This document shows positions 42,406-53,147 of a DNA stretch of 64,000 bases, piece by piece. The translations under genes and the position numbers were made by a program. The notes under the pieces were generated by a model. The model worked only from the letters and a program-made list of their open reading frames with translations. It was not told the DNA's origin and made no database searches. This DNA comes from an uncultured delta proteobacterium (lineage in GTDB: Bacteria; Desulfobacterota; Binatia; UBA9968), in NCBI GenBank assembly GCA_963847445.1, contig CAWJZV010000008.1, positions 32,001-96,000 of the forward strand, written 5' to 3'. The stretch's first letter is position 1, and every line of letters starts with the position of its first letter.

Positions 42406-43462
42406 CTATCTTCTTTGTCCGAACAGTCGGCGGATCAACTGTTCCCATTGGCCGTATTTAGTTTCCAACTCCTCGATGGAATATTTCTCGTCGAGATAAC
42501 TCTTTTTGAAGCGTTGTTCCACCGTGCCGATATCGTCGCGCGGCGACCACAGGCCGCCCTTCATAATCACCTGCTGGCCTTCCTTGGAATGGATGTAGTC
42601 GAGCAGCAGCATGGCGCCATGGGGATTGGGCGATTTGATCGAAAGGCTCGAGTAGCCGACGTTGGTGACCACCGGTTCCAACGGGCGCCATTCTATCGGC
42701 GCGCCTTTCTGTTTATGAACGCTGACGTTGGCGTCGAAAATGGTCGGCGACAGTGGCACTTCTCCGGTGACGACTAAGCCGGATAAAGCGGCGCCGGACA
42801 TATCCTGCAAGCGTATATCCTGCTCGGCCAATTTTTCGACGAACTCGCGCCCCATGGCGTCCAGGGCGTTGCCGATCCAGCGCGTCCCCGAGGAGCTGGT
42901 CACCAAAGACATCTTGCCTTTCCATTTGGGATTGAGCAGATCGCGCAGAGTTTTAGGTGCTTCGGCCTGGGCAATGAGATTGGTGTTAAAGCCCAAGCCG
43001 ATGTATGTCTCACGGTCGCCGACATAGTGAAAACCGTTTTTGCCTTTCGACTTTACATCGTCAGGAAAAAAACGCGCCTCGGGCGAGTAGTATTCTTGCA
43101 GCAGGCCGTCGCGCTTGAGAATGCCCATCGCTTCCGGCGTGGTTTCGACGACATCGACGAGACTCCGGCTCGCTTTGGCTTCATCGGTCACGCGCTGCAA
43201 GAGATTCTTCGAATCATTGCGCCACTCGGCAACTTTGATGAACGGGTATTTCTTTTCGAAATCCTTGACGAAGGTGCGAAACCAGGTATGCGAGTTGTAG
43301 AAGGTGACCTGGCCCTCGCGCTTGGCGCCCTGCGACGAGAATCTTTTCGCGGTCGGCGCCTTGATAGAGGGCAATCTGCGCGACCGTAGTTGGCGCGCTG
43401 GCGGCAAAACTGTTTGTTGCCAACAAAACGACAATTACCGCTAACAATGATTTGCTCGTCAT
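42406..43462 (-). CDS. Extracellular solute-binding protein (frameshift ~43330)
   Basis: IALYQGADREKIL, GAKREGQV.FY, LLNPKWKGK, PIEWRPLEP, LDYIHSKEGQ. Confidence 0.87.
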
Positions 43463-43494
43463 GGGTTTGATTCTCTTCGCAGAGTAGGTGGCCG

Positions 43495-43523
43495 ATGCTA
43501 TGAGCGAAGCTTCGTCTTGTCAA
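43495..43523 (-). promoter_or_regulatory. Sigma70-type promoter
   Basis: TTGACA-N17-TAGCAT upstream of 43462. Confidence 0.55.
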
Positions 43524-43683
43524 TAGCGCTCGTGTGACTTGCCTCTGCATTTGTCAGCGATACTCAAAGGTTTTAGGCCTGTTGAAAATGATTAAAGCGC
43601 CGCGGCACGGCACAGGACGAGGAGACCCAACCGGTCAAGTCTGGAGTTAGCGAAACGGGGCGGGAGCTTTATACGATGTAAGC

Positions 43684-44703
43684 CTACTTCACCCCATAGG
43701 CAGCATAGAGCTGATCGATGAATCCGCTCTCATCGAGTTCGCGCATGATTCTTCCGTCGATCAGGCTTTCGGTTTTGAGGTCGGCGACGGCGGGGTTGCG
43801 CTGCGCCATCAGGCGCTGGACGTTGCGTAAACCTTCGAGCGAGGGGAATGGTTTGCGGTCGGTGGCTTGCTGCAGGTCCTGATAACCGCGCTCGGCGAGG
43901 TCCGGGTCGGTGATTTTCAAATTGCGCATGATGGCGGCGATCACGGCGGGCTTCATTTTGGGACTGAGGGCGTAGGCAACTCCTTCCAGCCATCCCTTCA
44001 CCACGTTGCGCGAGACGTCGGGCTGCTGTTGCAGAAAGTTGCCGCGGGCGACGATGCCGTTGCTGACGAAGGGAATATTGGCTTTGGACAGCTCGACGAG
44101 GATGGAAAAGCCGCGCGCCTTGAGCGTGTTGCTAAAGGCGCTGTCGACGACGATCGCGTCGACGGTGCCCCTTTCTAGCGCTTGGGTGAGCAGCGTTTGT
44201 TCGCCGGCGGCGACGACTTGAATCGAGTCGCGGCGCGGGTCGAGCCCCAAGTGTTCGAGGCCTAACAGTCCGGCCATCCAAATCGTTCCGCCGATCGCCT
44301 GAATGCCCAGTCGTTTGCCGCGCAGGTCTTTGCCGTCTTTGATCGACGAGCTGGCGACGATATCGAAGGGGATGCGGCTGGTGAACGTGCCGATGACCTT
44401 CAAATCCAAACCGCCTACCACGGCGCCCAGGGCGGTGCTGCCGCCGCTGTTGGCGAGCTGGATTTGGCCGGTGGCGAGAGTGGCGAACAATGCCGGCGCG
44501 CCGGGCATATAGACGGCTTGCAACTGCACCCCGTATTTCGAGAAGAAGCCTTTCTCACGGGCGAGCCATAGCGGGCTCACCCTGGCGCTGATGTTGGCGT
44601 AGCCGAGCATGACGTCTTGGGCGCCTGGGCCGCGCGCACCGTGTGCGGCGCCGCCAGTAGGCAGATAATACCGACAATCAGGCCGGCAGGTTTTGTTACG
44701 CAT
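43684..44703 (-). CDS. NMT1/TauA-family solute-binding protein (probable indels in the signal peptide)
   Basis: PLWLAREKGFFSKYG, DLRGKRLGI, PFPSLEG, ELDESGFIDQLY. Confidence 0.85.
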   Translation of the reverse strand: MRNKTCRPDCRYYLPTGGAAHGARGPGAQDVMLGYANISARVSPLWLAREKGFFSKYGVQLQAVYMPGAPALFATLATGQIQLANSGGSTALGAVVGGLDLKVIGTFTSRIPFDIVASSSIKDGKDLRGKRLGIQAIGGTIWMAGLLGLEHLGLDPRRDSIQVVAAGEQTLLTQALERGTVDAIVVDSAFSNTLKARGFSILVELSKANIPFVSNGIVARGNFLQQQPDVSRNVVKGWLEGVAYALSPKMKPAVIAAIMRNLKITDPDLAERGYQDLQQATDRKPFPSLEGLRNVQRLMAQRNPAVADLKTESLIDGRIMRELDESGFIDQLYAAYGVK

Positions 44704-44751
44704 GATATCCTCGGCAAATCGGCGCGGAAAATCGGGCTAGTACGCGTCAAA

Positions 44752-45831
44752 TTATTTCCGTCTCATAAACAACTTCTGCATCAGCCCTTCCCACTCGGCG
44801 TATTTCTTCTCGGCTTCTTCGACGCCATATTTTTCGTCGATATAGGATTTTTTGAACTTTTGCGCCAGCGAACCGATGTCTTCCCGCGGCGACCAGAGGC
44901 CGCCTTTCATAATCATCTGCTGGCCTTCTTTCGAGTGCATCCAGTCGATGAACAGCAGCGCCGCGTACGGGTGCGGCGCTTTGGCCAACAGGCCGGTGTA
45001 GGCGACGGTGGTGACCACCGGCTCCAGCGGGCGCCATTCCACCGGCGCGCCCTTTTGCTTGGCCTGCGTAATGTTGGCGTCGAAGATGGTCGGCGACAGC
45101 GGCACTTCGCCGGAGACCACCAGGCCGGCCAGGGCTGCGCCGGCCATGTTTTGGACCTTGATCTCTTGCTCGGCGATTTTCTCCAGGTATTCCCGGCCGA
45201 AGTTTTCCATCGTGTTGCCGATCCAGCGGGTGCCCGTCGTCGTGTTGACGATGGATATCTTGCCTTTCCATTTGGGATTCAGCAGATCTAGCATAGTCTT
45301 CGGCGCCTCGGCCGGCGTGATCGCCGCTGTGTTGAAACCCAAGCTGGCGTAGGTCTCGTAATGGCCGACGTAATGAAACCCATTCTTGCTTTTGGGCTTA
45401 ACCTCGTCTGGATAGAAGCGCGCTTCGGGCGTCCAATGCTCAAGAAACAGACCCTCCCGCCTCATCATGTCCATCTGCTCGCCGGTGGTGGCGATGATAT
45501 CGGCGAGATATTGACCGGCTTTGTTTTCCTCGATGGCGCGCTTGATCAAGGTCCGGCCGTCGGTGCGGTATTCGGTAACCTTGATGAAGGGAAATTTCTT
45601 CTCGAACTCCTTGGCCATGGTACGGTACCAACTATGGGAACCGTACAACATCATGGCGCCTTCCTTCTTGGCGCCCTCGATGAGAATCTTCTCCCGGTCG
45701 GAGCCTTGGTAGAGGGCGACTTGCGCGACTGTCATGGGCGCATTGGCGGCTATGACAGTCGCGCCATTTAACAGACACGCGGTTAACGCCGCCGATATCG
45801 TGCGGCTGTAATAGCTCTTGTCGATAACCAT
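44752..45831 (-). CDS. Extracellular solute-binding protein
   Basis: VALYQGSDREKILIEGAKKEG, LLNPKWKGK, APHPYAALLFIDW. Confidence 0.88.
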   Translation of the reverse strand: MVIDKSYYSRTISAALTACLLNGATVIAANAPMTVAQVALYQGSDREKILIEGAKKEGAMMLYGSHSWYRTMAKEFEKKFPFIKVTEYRTDGRTLIKRAIEENKAGQYLADIIATTGEQMDMMRREGLFLEHWTPEARFYPDEVKPKSKNGFHYVGHYETYASLGFNTAAITPAEAPKTMLDLLNPKWKGKISIVNTTTGTRWIGNTMENFGREYLEKIAEQEIKVQNMAGAALAGLVVSGEVPLSPTIFDANITQAKQKGAPVEWRPLEPVVTTVAYTGLLAKAPHPYAALLFIDWMHSKEGQQMIMKGGLWSPREDIGSLAQKFKKSYIDEKYGVEEAEKKYAEWEGLMQKLFMRRK

Positions 45832-45966
45832 GGTTTCTTCCTCTGTTAGTCGGCTTGATTCCGGCTTGGTTAACGTCGGCGCAGCAGGTTTTCCCATTGG
45901 CCTAGTTTCACTTCCATCTCTTCCGACGAATACTTTTCGTCCATCTAGTTTTTCTGCCGAATGAAA

Positions 45967-47049
45967 TTATCTTTTTCTGATAAAATGTTTTTGAATCAAC
46001 TCTTCCCACTCGGATAGTTTCTTTTCGTACTCGTCGACGGAATATTTCGCTTCGAAATAAACTTTCTTGAACTTCTGGTTGACCAGCGACTCGACATCGT
46101 CGCGCGGCGAGCTCAGACCGCCTTTGACAATGAACTGCTGGCCCTCCTTGGAGTGGAGGTAGTCGATGAGCAGCAGCGCCGCGTGGGGATGGGGCGCTTT
46201 GCTGACGATGCCCGAGTAGCCGACGTTGGCGATCACCGGTTCCACCGGCAGCCACTCGACCGGCGCGCCCTTGCGCTTGGCGACGAAAATATTCGAGTCG
46301 AAAATCGTCGGCGAGATCGGCACTTCGCCGGTGACCACGAGATTGGCCAGGGCAGCACCGGATAGTTTGTGAACGTTGATGTCGTGGCGGCCGAGTTTTT
46401 CAATGAACTCTCGTCCCGCCGATTCCACCACGGCGCCCACCCAGCGCGCCGAGGTGGCGCCGCCGGCCAGCGACATCTTGCCTTTCAGCCTGGGGTCGAG
46501 CAGGTCGTTGAGCCGCTTCGGCGCGTCGGCAACGGCGACATGGGTCGTGTTGAAGCCCAGGCTGATATAGGTCTCGCGGTCGGCCCAATAGAAGACGCCG
46601 CGTTTTCCTTTGGCCACCACGTCGTCGTCAAAAAAGCGCAGCTCGGGCGACGCGTGTTCTTGCAAAAGATTGTTTTTATGCAGCCCACCGATGTTGCCCG
46701 CGGTGCTTTCGACGACATCGGTGAGAAAACGGCCGGCGCGGTTCTCCTCGATGACGCGCTTCATCACATCGGCGCCGTCGGCGCGCCATTCGGCGACTTT
46801 GATGAATGGATATTTTTTTTCGAACTCTTGGGCGACCGCCTTGAACCAGGTGTGGGAGTTGTAGAAAACCACCTGGCCTTCTTTCTTGGCGCCCTCAATG
46901 AGGAGCTTTTCCCGGTCAGCACCTTGGTAGAGGGCGATCTGAGCAGCCGACACCGGCGCATTGGCGGCGCCCAGGCGGCTTGCGGTAAAGCTCGACGACC
47001 CCACGCAAAACGTCAGCAGAGCGAACTGAATCGCACGCAACCAAAACAT
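45967..47049 (-). CDS. Extracellular solute-binding protein
   Basis: IALYQGADREKLLIEGAKKEG, APHPHAALLLIDY; SD AAGGAGGT. Confidence 0.88.
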   Translation of the reverse strand: MFWLRAIQFALLTFCVGSSSFTASRLGAANAPVSAAQIALYQGADREKLLIEGAKKEGQVVFYNSHTWFKAVAQEFEKKYPFIKVAEWRADGADVMKRVIEENRAGRFLTDVVESTAGNIGGLHKNNLLQEHASPELRFFDDDVVAKGKRGVFYWADRETYISLGFNTTHVAVADAPKRLNDLLDPRLKGKMSLAGGATSARWVGAVVESAGREFIEKLGRHDINVHKLSGAALANLVVTGEVPISPTIFDSNIFVAKRKGAPVEWLPVEPVIANVGYSGIVSKAPHPHAALLLIDYLHSKEGQQFIVKGGLSSPRDDVESLVNQKFKKVYFEAKYSVDEYEKKLSEWEELIQKHFIRKR

Positions 47050-47084
47050 CGTCACCTCCTTGGTCAACTTGCCGGATAGCCGCG

Positions 47085-47113
47085 AATTTATGGATTGTCG
47101 CCTTATCTGTCAA
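47085..47113 (-). promoter_or_regulatory. Sigma70-type promoter
   Basis: TTGACA-N17-TAAATT. Confidence 0.55.
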
Positions 47114-47156
47114 TCCGAAACCGAACCCCTGTACGCGACGCGCTGAAGAAAAAGAT

Positions 47157-47184
47157 TGTCAACTTGGGAGCCCCCAAGTTGACA
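47157..47184. promoter_or_regulatory. 12-bp-arm inverted repeat containing outward-facing TTGACA boxes
   Basis: TGTCAACTTGGG-AGCC-CCCAAGTTGACA in a divergent intergenic region. Confidence 0.5.
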
Positions 47185-47254
47185 CAACGCGCGTTATTCC
47201 AATAGTCTAACCAGAGTTAGATCTTGGGCTGTGACGGAGTCGCTTAAATCAAAC

Positions 47255-47596
47255 ATGCCGTTATTCGAATATCGCTGTGGCAAGTGCGCAGCCATCACTG
47301 AGGCGCTGATCCAGCGCGCTGAGTCCAATGGCGGGACCGTAACTTGCGCGCACTGCGGCAGTGCGGCGGTGACCAAGTTGTTTTCGCTGGTGAGCTTCAA
47401 AGTCGCGCGCCGGGCCAAGTATAGCGACGAGTTTCTCGATAAAGCGAAGCCGTTTTTGCAGAGGCAAAGAGCGACCGCTCAGTATTTCACCGAAGGCCAT
47501 GGCTCGGACGATTCGAAGACGTTTGAGCTTGCCGAGCAGATTGGCAAGCGCATCGATCGGACACTGGCGAGCCAGTTGCCGACGCGCAAAAACTAG
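47255..47596 (+). CDS. FmdB-family zinc-ribbon protein
   Basis: MPLFEYRCGKC...CAHCGS...KLFS. Confidence 0.82.
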   Translation: MPLFEYRCGKCAAITEALIQRAESNGGTVTCAHCGSAAVTKLFSLVSFKVARRAKYSDEFLDKAKPFLQRQRATAQYFTEGHGSDDSKTFELAEQIGKRIDRTLASQLPTRKN

Positions 47597-47633
47597 CCGC
47601 CGCCGGCGCAAATTTTGTCGAGGGGGGCGAACC

Positions 47634-48770
47634 ATGTGGAACGGATTTAAAGTCATCGACTCGGATGCGCACCACCATGAGCCGCAAGATTTATGGGCGC
47701 GCTACGTCGAGCCAAAATTCCAGGATCGAGTGCCGCGGGTTATCGGCATGAAGCGCAACTTTTTTGTCTACGCGCCCGACCAAAAATTTTCGACAATGCT
47801 TGAACAGGGCGGCGACTATCGTCCGAACCACGACCAGTGGATGGCTGACAAGTATGGCGACGCTTACGACCGCTGGTGGTGCCCCGAAGTTCGTCTCAAA
47901 GACATGGATCGTTTTGGCTGGGATATCCAGGTGATTCTCTCAACTAACGGCAACCGCATCATGGAGGCCGCGCTGGCTGACGCGGAAGTCGGCCTAGCGA
48001 TGGCCCGGGCGTACCACAACTGGTGCTACGATTACGCCAGCGCCGACTCGGCGCGGCTAAAATTCACCGCCACGTTGGCGGCCGGCGACTCAGCTGGAAT
48101 GGTTGTCGAAGCGCGCCGTGCGGTGGAGCAGCTCGGCGCCGTCTCGGTGCGCAACCCGCTGTTGCCCAAGGGTAAATGGCTGCATGAGCCTGACTACGAT
48201 GGCTTGTGGCAACTCGCTGACGATCTCGATTTTCCAATCTCGCTGCATGGCGAGTCGCGCCACCTTAGAGCCGCGCCGTTTCGCGAACTGCGCGCCGCGG
48301 AGATCTTTAGCGCTCTCGATCACATCATCGGCTTTCCCATGGATAACATGGTGACGATGGCGCATTTTATTTTCGGCGGAGTTTTAGAACGCTTCCCGAA
48401 ACTCCGCCTCGGCGTATTGGAGTCAAACGCCGGCTGGGCGAATTTTTGGCTGCCCCGGATGGACGACCACTCCCATGGGCGCCGGCTCGTCTTGGGCGCC
48501 GGTTTGCCGATGAAACCGAGCGAGTATGTCAAACGGCAATGTGTGATCTCCGCGGATCCCGACGAGCCAGGCCTCGATGACGTCATCAAATTCATGGGTG
48601 ACGATAATTTGGTGTGGAATACGGACTACCCGCACCCGGATGCGCCCGATCCGGATAAGGTGCTGCCCTGGTTCGGCGCTCAACCGATCTCAGACGATAG
48701 CAAGCGAAAGATTCTGTGGGACAACGCGGTCCGGCTCTACGGCCCCCGCCTGTTGGAAAGAGCGCCGTAA
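47634..48770 (+). CDS. Amidohydrolase family 2 protein
   Basis: IDSDAHHHEP, ISLH, GGVLERFPKL...LESNAGW, WNTDYPHPD, ILWDNA.RLY. Confidence 0.88.
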   Translation: MWNGFKVIDSDAHHHEPQDLWARYVEPKFQDRVPRVIGMKRNFFVYAPDQKFSTMLEQGGDYRPNHDQWMADKYGDAYDRWWCPEVRLKDMDRFGWDIQVILSTNGNRIMEAALADAEVGLAMARAYHNWCYDYASADSARLKFTATLAAGDSAGMVVEARRAVEQLGAVSVRNPLLPKGKWLHEPDYDGLWQLADDLDFPISLHGESRHLRAAPFRELRAAEIFSALDHIIGFPMDNMVTMAHFIFGGVLERFPKLRLGVLESNAGWANFWLPRMDDHSHGRRLVLGAGLPMKPSEYVKRQCVISADPDEPGLDDVIKFMGDDNLVWNTDYPHPDAPDPDKVLPWFGAQPISDDSKRKILWDNAVRLYGPRLLERAP

Positions 48771-48822
48771 CCGCGGCGGTTTCTTGTATTTGAGACCCGC
48801 CAAGGTATTCAGGATAAATGCC

Positions 48823-49764
48823 TCAGCGCAGCTTCGCTTTGTTTTCCACCAGCCAGTTGGCGATGCGCGCGATGCCATCTTCCAAATATATCTTCGGTTG
48901 CCAGCCCAGTTCTTTTCTCGCCAGCGAGATGTCGAGCGGGCTGCGCAGCCGGTGCGGCGCGACTTCGGCGGCGTTGGGATGTTTGCCGATTTCAAATTCC
49001 AAGCTCGGCAGGGCTTTTTGAATCGCGCGCTGCAAATCGTCACTGACGTAGGCTTTGTCGAGGCCGATGTTATAGGCTTTACTGAGCGGGCCGGCGGTGA
49101 AAAGGGCGCGGCTGATGCCGTCGACGACATCGTCGACGAAAATTAAATCGTCCAGCGGGCGGGTGAGAAACGGCCGGCAGGGCTGGCCGAGGATGCCTTT
49201 TTTCAATTCCAACGGGATGCTGCGATAGAGTCCCGGGCCATAGACCGAAGAATATCTCAGGGCGACGAAGTCGACGCCATGCTTCTCCTGGTAAAAATTT
49301 CCCATCCATTCGGAGACGGTTTTCGCGGCGCGGTAGAAATAAGTCGGATAGATCGTCACGGCGTCGTCTTCTTTGACCAGACCGCCATCGGGTTTGTTGA
49401 CCTGGCCGTAGATCGACGCCGAGCTGGAATAGACCACACGCTGGATATTTAAGTCCTTCGCCGCTTCCAGGATATTGGTCATGGCTTTGTAGCAGTAGTC
49501 CAACACGGTCGGCGTCTCGTCGCGCGGCGGATGGGCGGCATGAAACAGATGGGTCGGCCGTTCCTTTTCACAGAGGGCGCGGAACGCGGCGCTGTCGGTG
49601 ACGTTCATCAAGTGGCTGGTGGCTTTGACGCCAAGTAAAGTGAGATCCGGCGCGCGCGGGACGACGTCGATGGCCACGACTTTGTGGCCTGCCGACTCCA
49701 TCAGCTTGGTGCAGTGGGAGCCGATGAAGCCGTTGGCGCCGGTGATCAGTACGGTTGCTGACAT
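48823..49764 (-). CDS. NAD-dependent epimerase/dehydratase (extended SDR)
   Basis: TGANGFIG, SSSASIYG, YRAAK (YxxxK), LRYSSVYGPG. Confidence 0.88.
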   Translation of the reverse strand: MSATVLITGANGFIGSHCTKLMESAGHKVVAIDVVPRAPDLTLLGVKATSHLMNVTDSAAFRALCEKERPTHLFHAAHPPRDETPTVLDYCYKAMTNILEAAKDLNIQRVVYSSSASIYGQVNKPDGGLVKEDDAVTIYPTYFYRAAKTVSEWMGNFYQEKHGVDFVALRYSSVYGPGLYRSIPLELKKGILGQPCRPFLTRPLDDLIFVDDVVDGISRALFTAGPLSKAYNIGLDKAYVSDDLQRAIQKALPSLEFEIGKHPNAAEVAPHRLRSPLDISLARKELGWQPKIYLEDGIARIANWLVENKAKLR

Positions 49765-49808
49765 GATGCCTCCTTAGTTGCCGCGCGTGGATTTCTCCCC
49801 ATCGCAGC

Positions 49809-50843
49809 CTAGTTTTTGCGATAAAGACCGTCGATGAAGCCGGATTCATCGAGTTTGCGAACGATTCTATTGTCGATGATCTCTTCGACTTTGGCATGGC
49901 TGGCTTTGGGATTGATCGTCGACATGATCCGTTGAATGTTGCGCAGGCCGTCCAAGGCGGCGTAGGGTTTGCGCTCCAGGCCGACGAGCAGATCCTGATA
50001 GCCGTCTTCCAAAAGCGCCAAGTCGTTGAGTTTCATATGGCGCGCCATGATTTGCAGCACGCTGTTTCGGTTCGCCGGCGCGGTGATGAACGCTTGCGCC
50101 TCGAACATCGCTTTCAACACCGCTTCGACGGTTTCCGGCCGTTCTCTGAAAAAACTACCGCTTACCGCCCAGGCGGTGTTGGTGAAGGGAATCTTGGCGC
50201 GCTGCAACTCGATCAGCACCGGCAACCCTTTTGATTTCGTCCGCCGGCTGAGAAACGGATCGAGCAGCGTGGCGTCGATTTGCGCCGATTCCATCGCTTG
50301 AGCGAGGATCGTCTGGTTGCCGATGGCGTTGATGCGGATTTGATCGCGGTGGGCGTCGAGTCCCAAATGTTCGAGGGCGAGATAGGCGGCCATCCACACC
50401 GTGCCGCCGATGCTGGTGATGCCGAAGCGCTTGCCGCGCAAGTCCTTGGCTTCCTTGATTTCCGGCCGGACCACCAGATCGTAGGTTAGCCGGTTGCTCG
50501 GACTGGCGATGATTTTGATATCTTGCCCGGCTGCCGCGGCGCCGAGCACCGGCGAACCGCCGCTGGCGGCGAACTGAACTTCGCCGGTGCTGAGGGCGGT
50601 CATCTGCATCGGACTGCTGCGCAGATAGACGACTTCGGCTTCGACGCCATGCTTGGCGAACAGGCCGAGCTCTTGGGCGCTCCAGAGAATCGTCGAGCGC
50701 GCGCTCACCGCCGACTGGCTGATGCGGACTTTGACCGCCGGTTTTGTAGTTTTCTCAGCGGCTTGCGCGCCATACCCCGACGCCGTTGCCACCCAGCACA
50801 GGGCAATGGCCAAGGCCCGGCAGCTCTTTAGCGGCGCGCTCAT
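49809..50843 (-). CDS. NMT1/TauA-family solute-binding protein
   Basis: GLFAKHG, DLRGKRFGI, KLDESGFIDGLY; paralog of 43684-44703. Confidence 0.87.
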   Translation of the reverse strand: MSAPLKSCRALAIALCWVATASGYGAQAAEKTTKPAVKVRISQSAVSARSTILWSAQELGLFAKHGVEAEVVYLRSSPMQMTALSTGEVQFAASGGSPVLGAAAAGQDIKIIASPSNRLTYDLVVRPEIKEAKDLRGKRFGITSIGGTVWMAAYLALEHLGLDAHRDQIRINAIGNQTILAQAMESAQIDATLLDPFLSRRTKSKGLPVLIELQRAKIPFTNTAWAVSGSFFRERPETVEAVLKAMFEAQAFITAPANRNSVLQIMARHMKLNDLALLEDGYQDLLVGLERKPYAALDGLRNIQRIMSTINPKASHAKVEEIIDNRIVRKLDESGFIDGLYRKN

Positions 50844-50850
50844 GCGGCAA

Positions 50851-51921
50851 CTAGCGCTTGCTGATGAACAGCTTGCGCATGAGTCCCTCCCACTCGTTCA
50901 TTTTTTTCTCATATTCTTCGGGCGTGTATTTGCTTTCGAGGTAGAGTTTTTTGAACTTTTGCTCCAACGACCCGATATCGCTTCGTGGCGAGCTGAGCCC
51001 GCCTTTCATGGCGACCTGCTGCCCTTCCTTGGAATGAATGTAGTCGAGAAATAGCAGCGCGGCATGGGGATGAGGCGACCCAAGCACCATACCGGAAATG
51101 CCGACGCCGGCGATCACCGGGTCCAAGGGGCGCCATTCCACCGGCGCGCCTTTTTGCTTGTGGGTCAAGATGTTGGAATTAAAAATCGTCGGCGATAGGG
51201 GAACCTCGCCGGAAGCGACGAGTCCGGATAAAGCCGCGCCTGAAATATTCTGCACATTGATCTCTTGGGCGCTGAGCTTCTCGAGAAATTCGCGGCCCAT
51301 CAGCTCGAGCAGCGCGCCGATCCATTGCGTTCCGGTCGTGGTTCCGGCAATCGACATTTTTCCTTTCCATTTGGGATCGAGATAATCTTTGATGCTCTTC
51401 GGCGCGTCCGCGGGCGCGATCACCTTCGAGTTGTATCCGAGGCTGATGTAAATTTCGCGGTTGGACCAGCCGTAAACGCCGTTTTTGCCTTTGAGCTTTG
51501 CCTCATCATCGTAAGCGCTCAGCTCCGGCGAGAAATGCTCATAGAGCATTTTTTCGCGCAACATAATCGCCATGTACTCGGGGCTGGTTTCGACAACGTC
51601 GGCGATGTTGCGGTTCGCAGCGATCTCCTCCGTGAGCCGCTTCAACAGCGCTTTGGAGTCGCTGCGCCAGACGTTGGCCTTGACGAAAGGATATTTCTTT
51701 TCGAACTCCTGCGAGACCGGGCCGGCCACCCATGTGTTTGACGTGTAAAAGACGACCTGGCCTTCTTTCCGGGCGCCTTCGAGTAAAATCTTTTCCCGGT
51801 CCTTGCCTTGGTAGAGCGCCAGTTCAACCGGCGACAGCGGTTTGGCCTGGGCCGCCAAGGAGGATGCGGTTGGTAGGCCGGCCATTAGCAATACAAAGAT
51901 CAGCAACGTTTTAGAAAGCAT
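50851..51921 (-). CDS. Extracellular solute-binding protein
   Basis: LALYQGKDREKILLEGARKEG, LDPKWKGK, SPHPHAALLFLDY. Confidence 0.88.
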   Translation of the reverse strand: MLSKTLLIFVLLMAGLPTASSLAAQAKPLSPVELALYQGKDREKILLEGARKEGQVVFYTSNTWVAGPVSQEFEKKYPFVKANVWRSDSKALLKRLTEEIAANRNIADVVETSPEYMAIMLREKMLYEHFSPELSAYDDEAKLKGKNGVYGWSNREIYISLGYNSKVIAPADAPKSIKDYLDPKWKGKMSIAGTTTGTQWIGALLELMGREFLEKLSAQEINVQNISGAALSGLVASGEVPLSPTIFNSNILTHKQKGAPVEWRPLDPVIAGVGISGMVLGSPHPHAALLFLDYIHSKEGQQVAMKGGLSSPRSDIGSLEQKFKKLYLESKYTPEEYEKKMNEWEGLMRKLFISKR

Positions 51922-51954
51922 CGAGCGATCTCCCTTGTTTGGCTAGATAATAAG

Positions 51955-53133
51955 CTAATCGAAGTAACCGTGCTTGTGCGCCCACAGCCATAGGTAGGCG
52001 ATTTTTTCATTGTAAAGCTCGGAATAGCCAACGTGGCCATAGCGTGGGATGAAAACAACATGGGCGCCGCGTGTGTTTGCGGCATATTTCCGCGCCCATG
52101 AACATCTCGCGCTTGTTTTCCAACGGCGCGCCGCCGTTGACCCAGTGGCCCTTGTCGTTTTCGCCGGCGACAAGCAAAACGCGAATCGATTGCAGCCAAT
52201 TCGCATCCGGTTCCTGTAAGTGATCGAAGTACTCTTCGCGCGGCAGGCCGGTGCGCTTGGGGTACTCTTCCAAGATGTCCCACCGCTGCGTTGTGCTGGT
52301 TATCGCACAAACTGGTTTTCATTTGGGAACGCAGCGGGCTGACCAGACGAATGTAATCGTCAGCGCCGCCCCACGGCGTTAAGTCCTCCGGATCGACGTA
52401 GCCTGAGTTTTTGAACGAGTCCGGGGAGCGCCGCGACACATGGTCCACTGGAATCTCCCGGTATTTTTCCGCGCCGGTCTGGTCGCGCCACTCCTTGCGC
52501 CAGCCGTCGGGGCCGCCGCTGCCAAATCCGACCAGGCCGATCACTTTGGTTCTCTTGCTGAAACGCGCCAGGTGCGCGGCCATGGGACCGCCGGTGGAAT
52601 GGCCGAAGCCGATGATTTCACGTCCCGCCAGATGTTGATCAGTAAGCGCCCCTGCCCCCTGGAGAATGACGTTGAAGGTGCATTTCAAATTGCGGTCAGC
52701 AATTTCTTCCTGACTCAGCTCTCGATCCATGAGATAGATCGGCATGCGCTCGGGGATGGGAACTTTCCACACGCCGCCTGGCGGGTAATGGCCTGGATAG
52801 GTGAGCGCGAGGACTTTGAAACCCCTGGGCAGCGACAACCCGCGCCAGACCGGGCCGTCCGTCGGGCGTCAAGTCCATGATCTTTTCACTGCCTGCGCCG
52901 CCGTGAAAAAAGACAAAGGCGCGGCGCGGATCGGTTTCCTGCTCCGGCGTGTACAGCGTGCCGTGCATGTCCCAGTCGTAACCGTTGCGCTGATAACGAG
53001 CGGTTACATCGGTGCTGGTAAACTTTCTGTCAGAGTAGGGTGGCGCGATGGCCAACCATTCGTCCCAGGTGAACTTCAATAACAGCTCGTCGGATTTCAA
53101 TCCATCTAAGTATTTTTCGATAGCGCTGGCCAT
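51955..53133 (-). CDS. Uncharacterised alpha/beta-hydrolase-fold protein (indels ~52825, 52270, 52090)
   Basis: FFHGGAG, YPGH, GHSTGG, AGEND and YGH motifs spread across frames. Confidence 0.65.
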
Positions 53134-53147
53134 GGCAGTGTCTCCGG

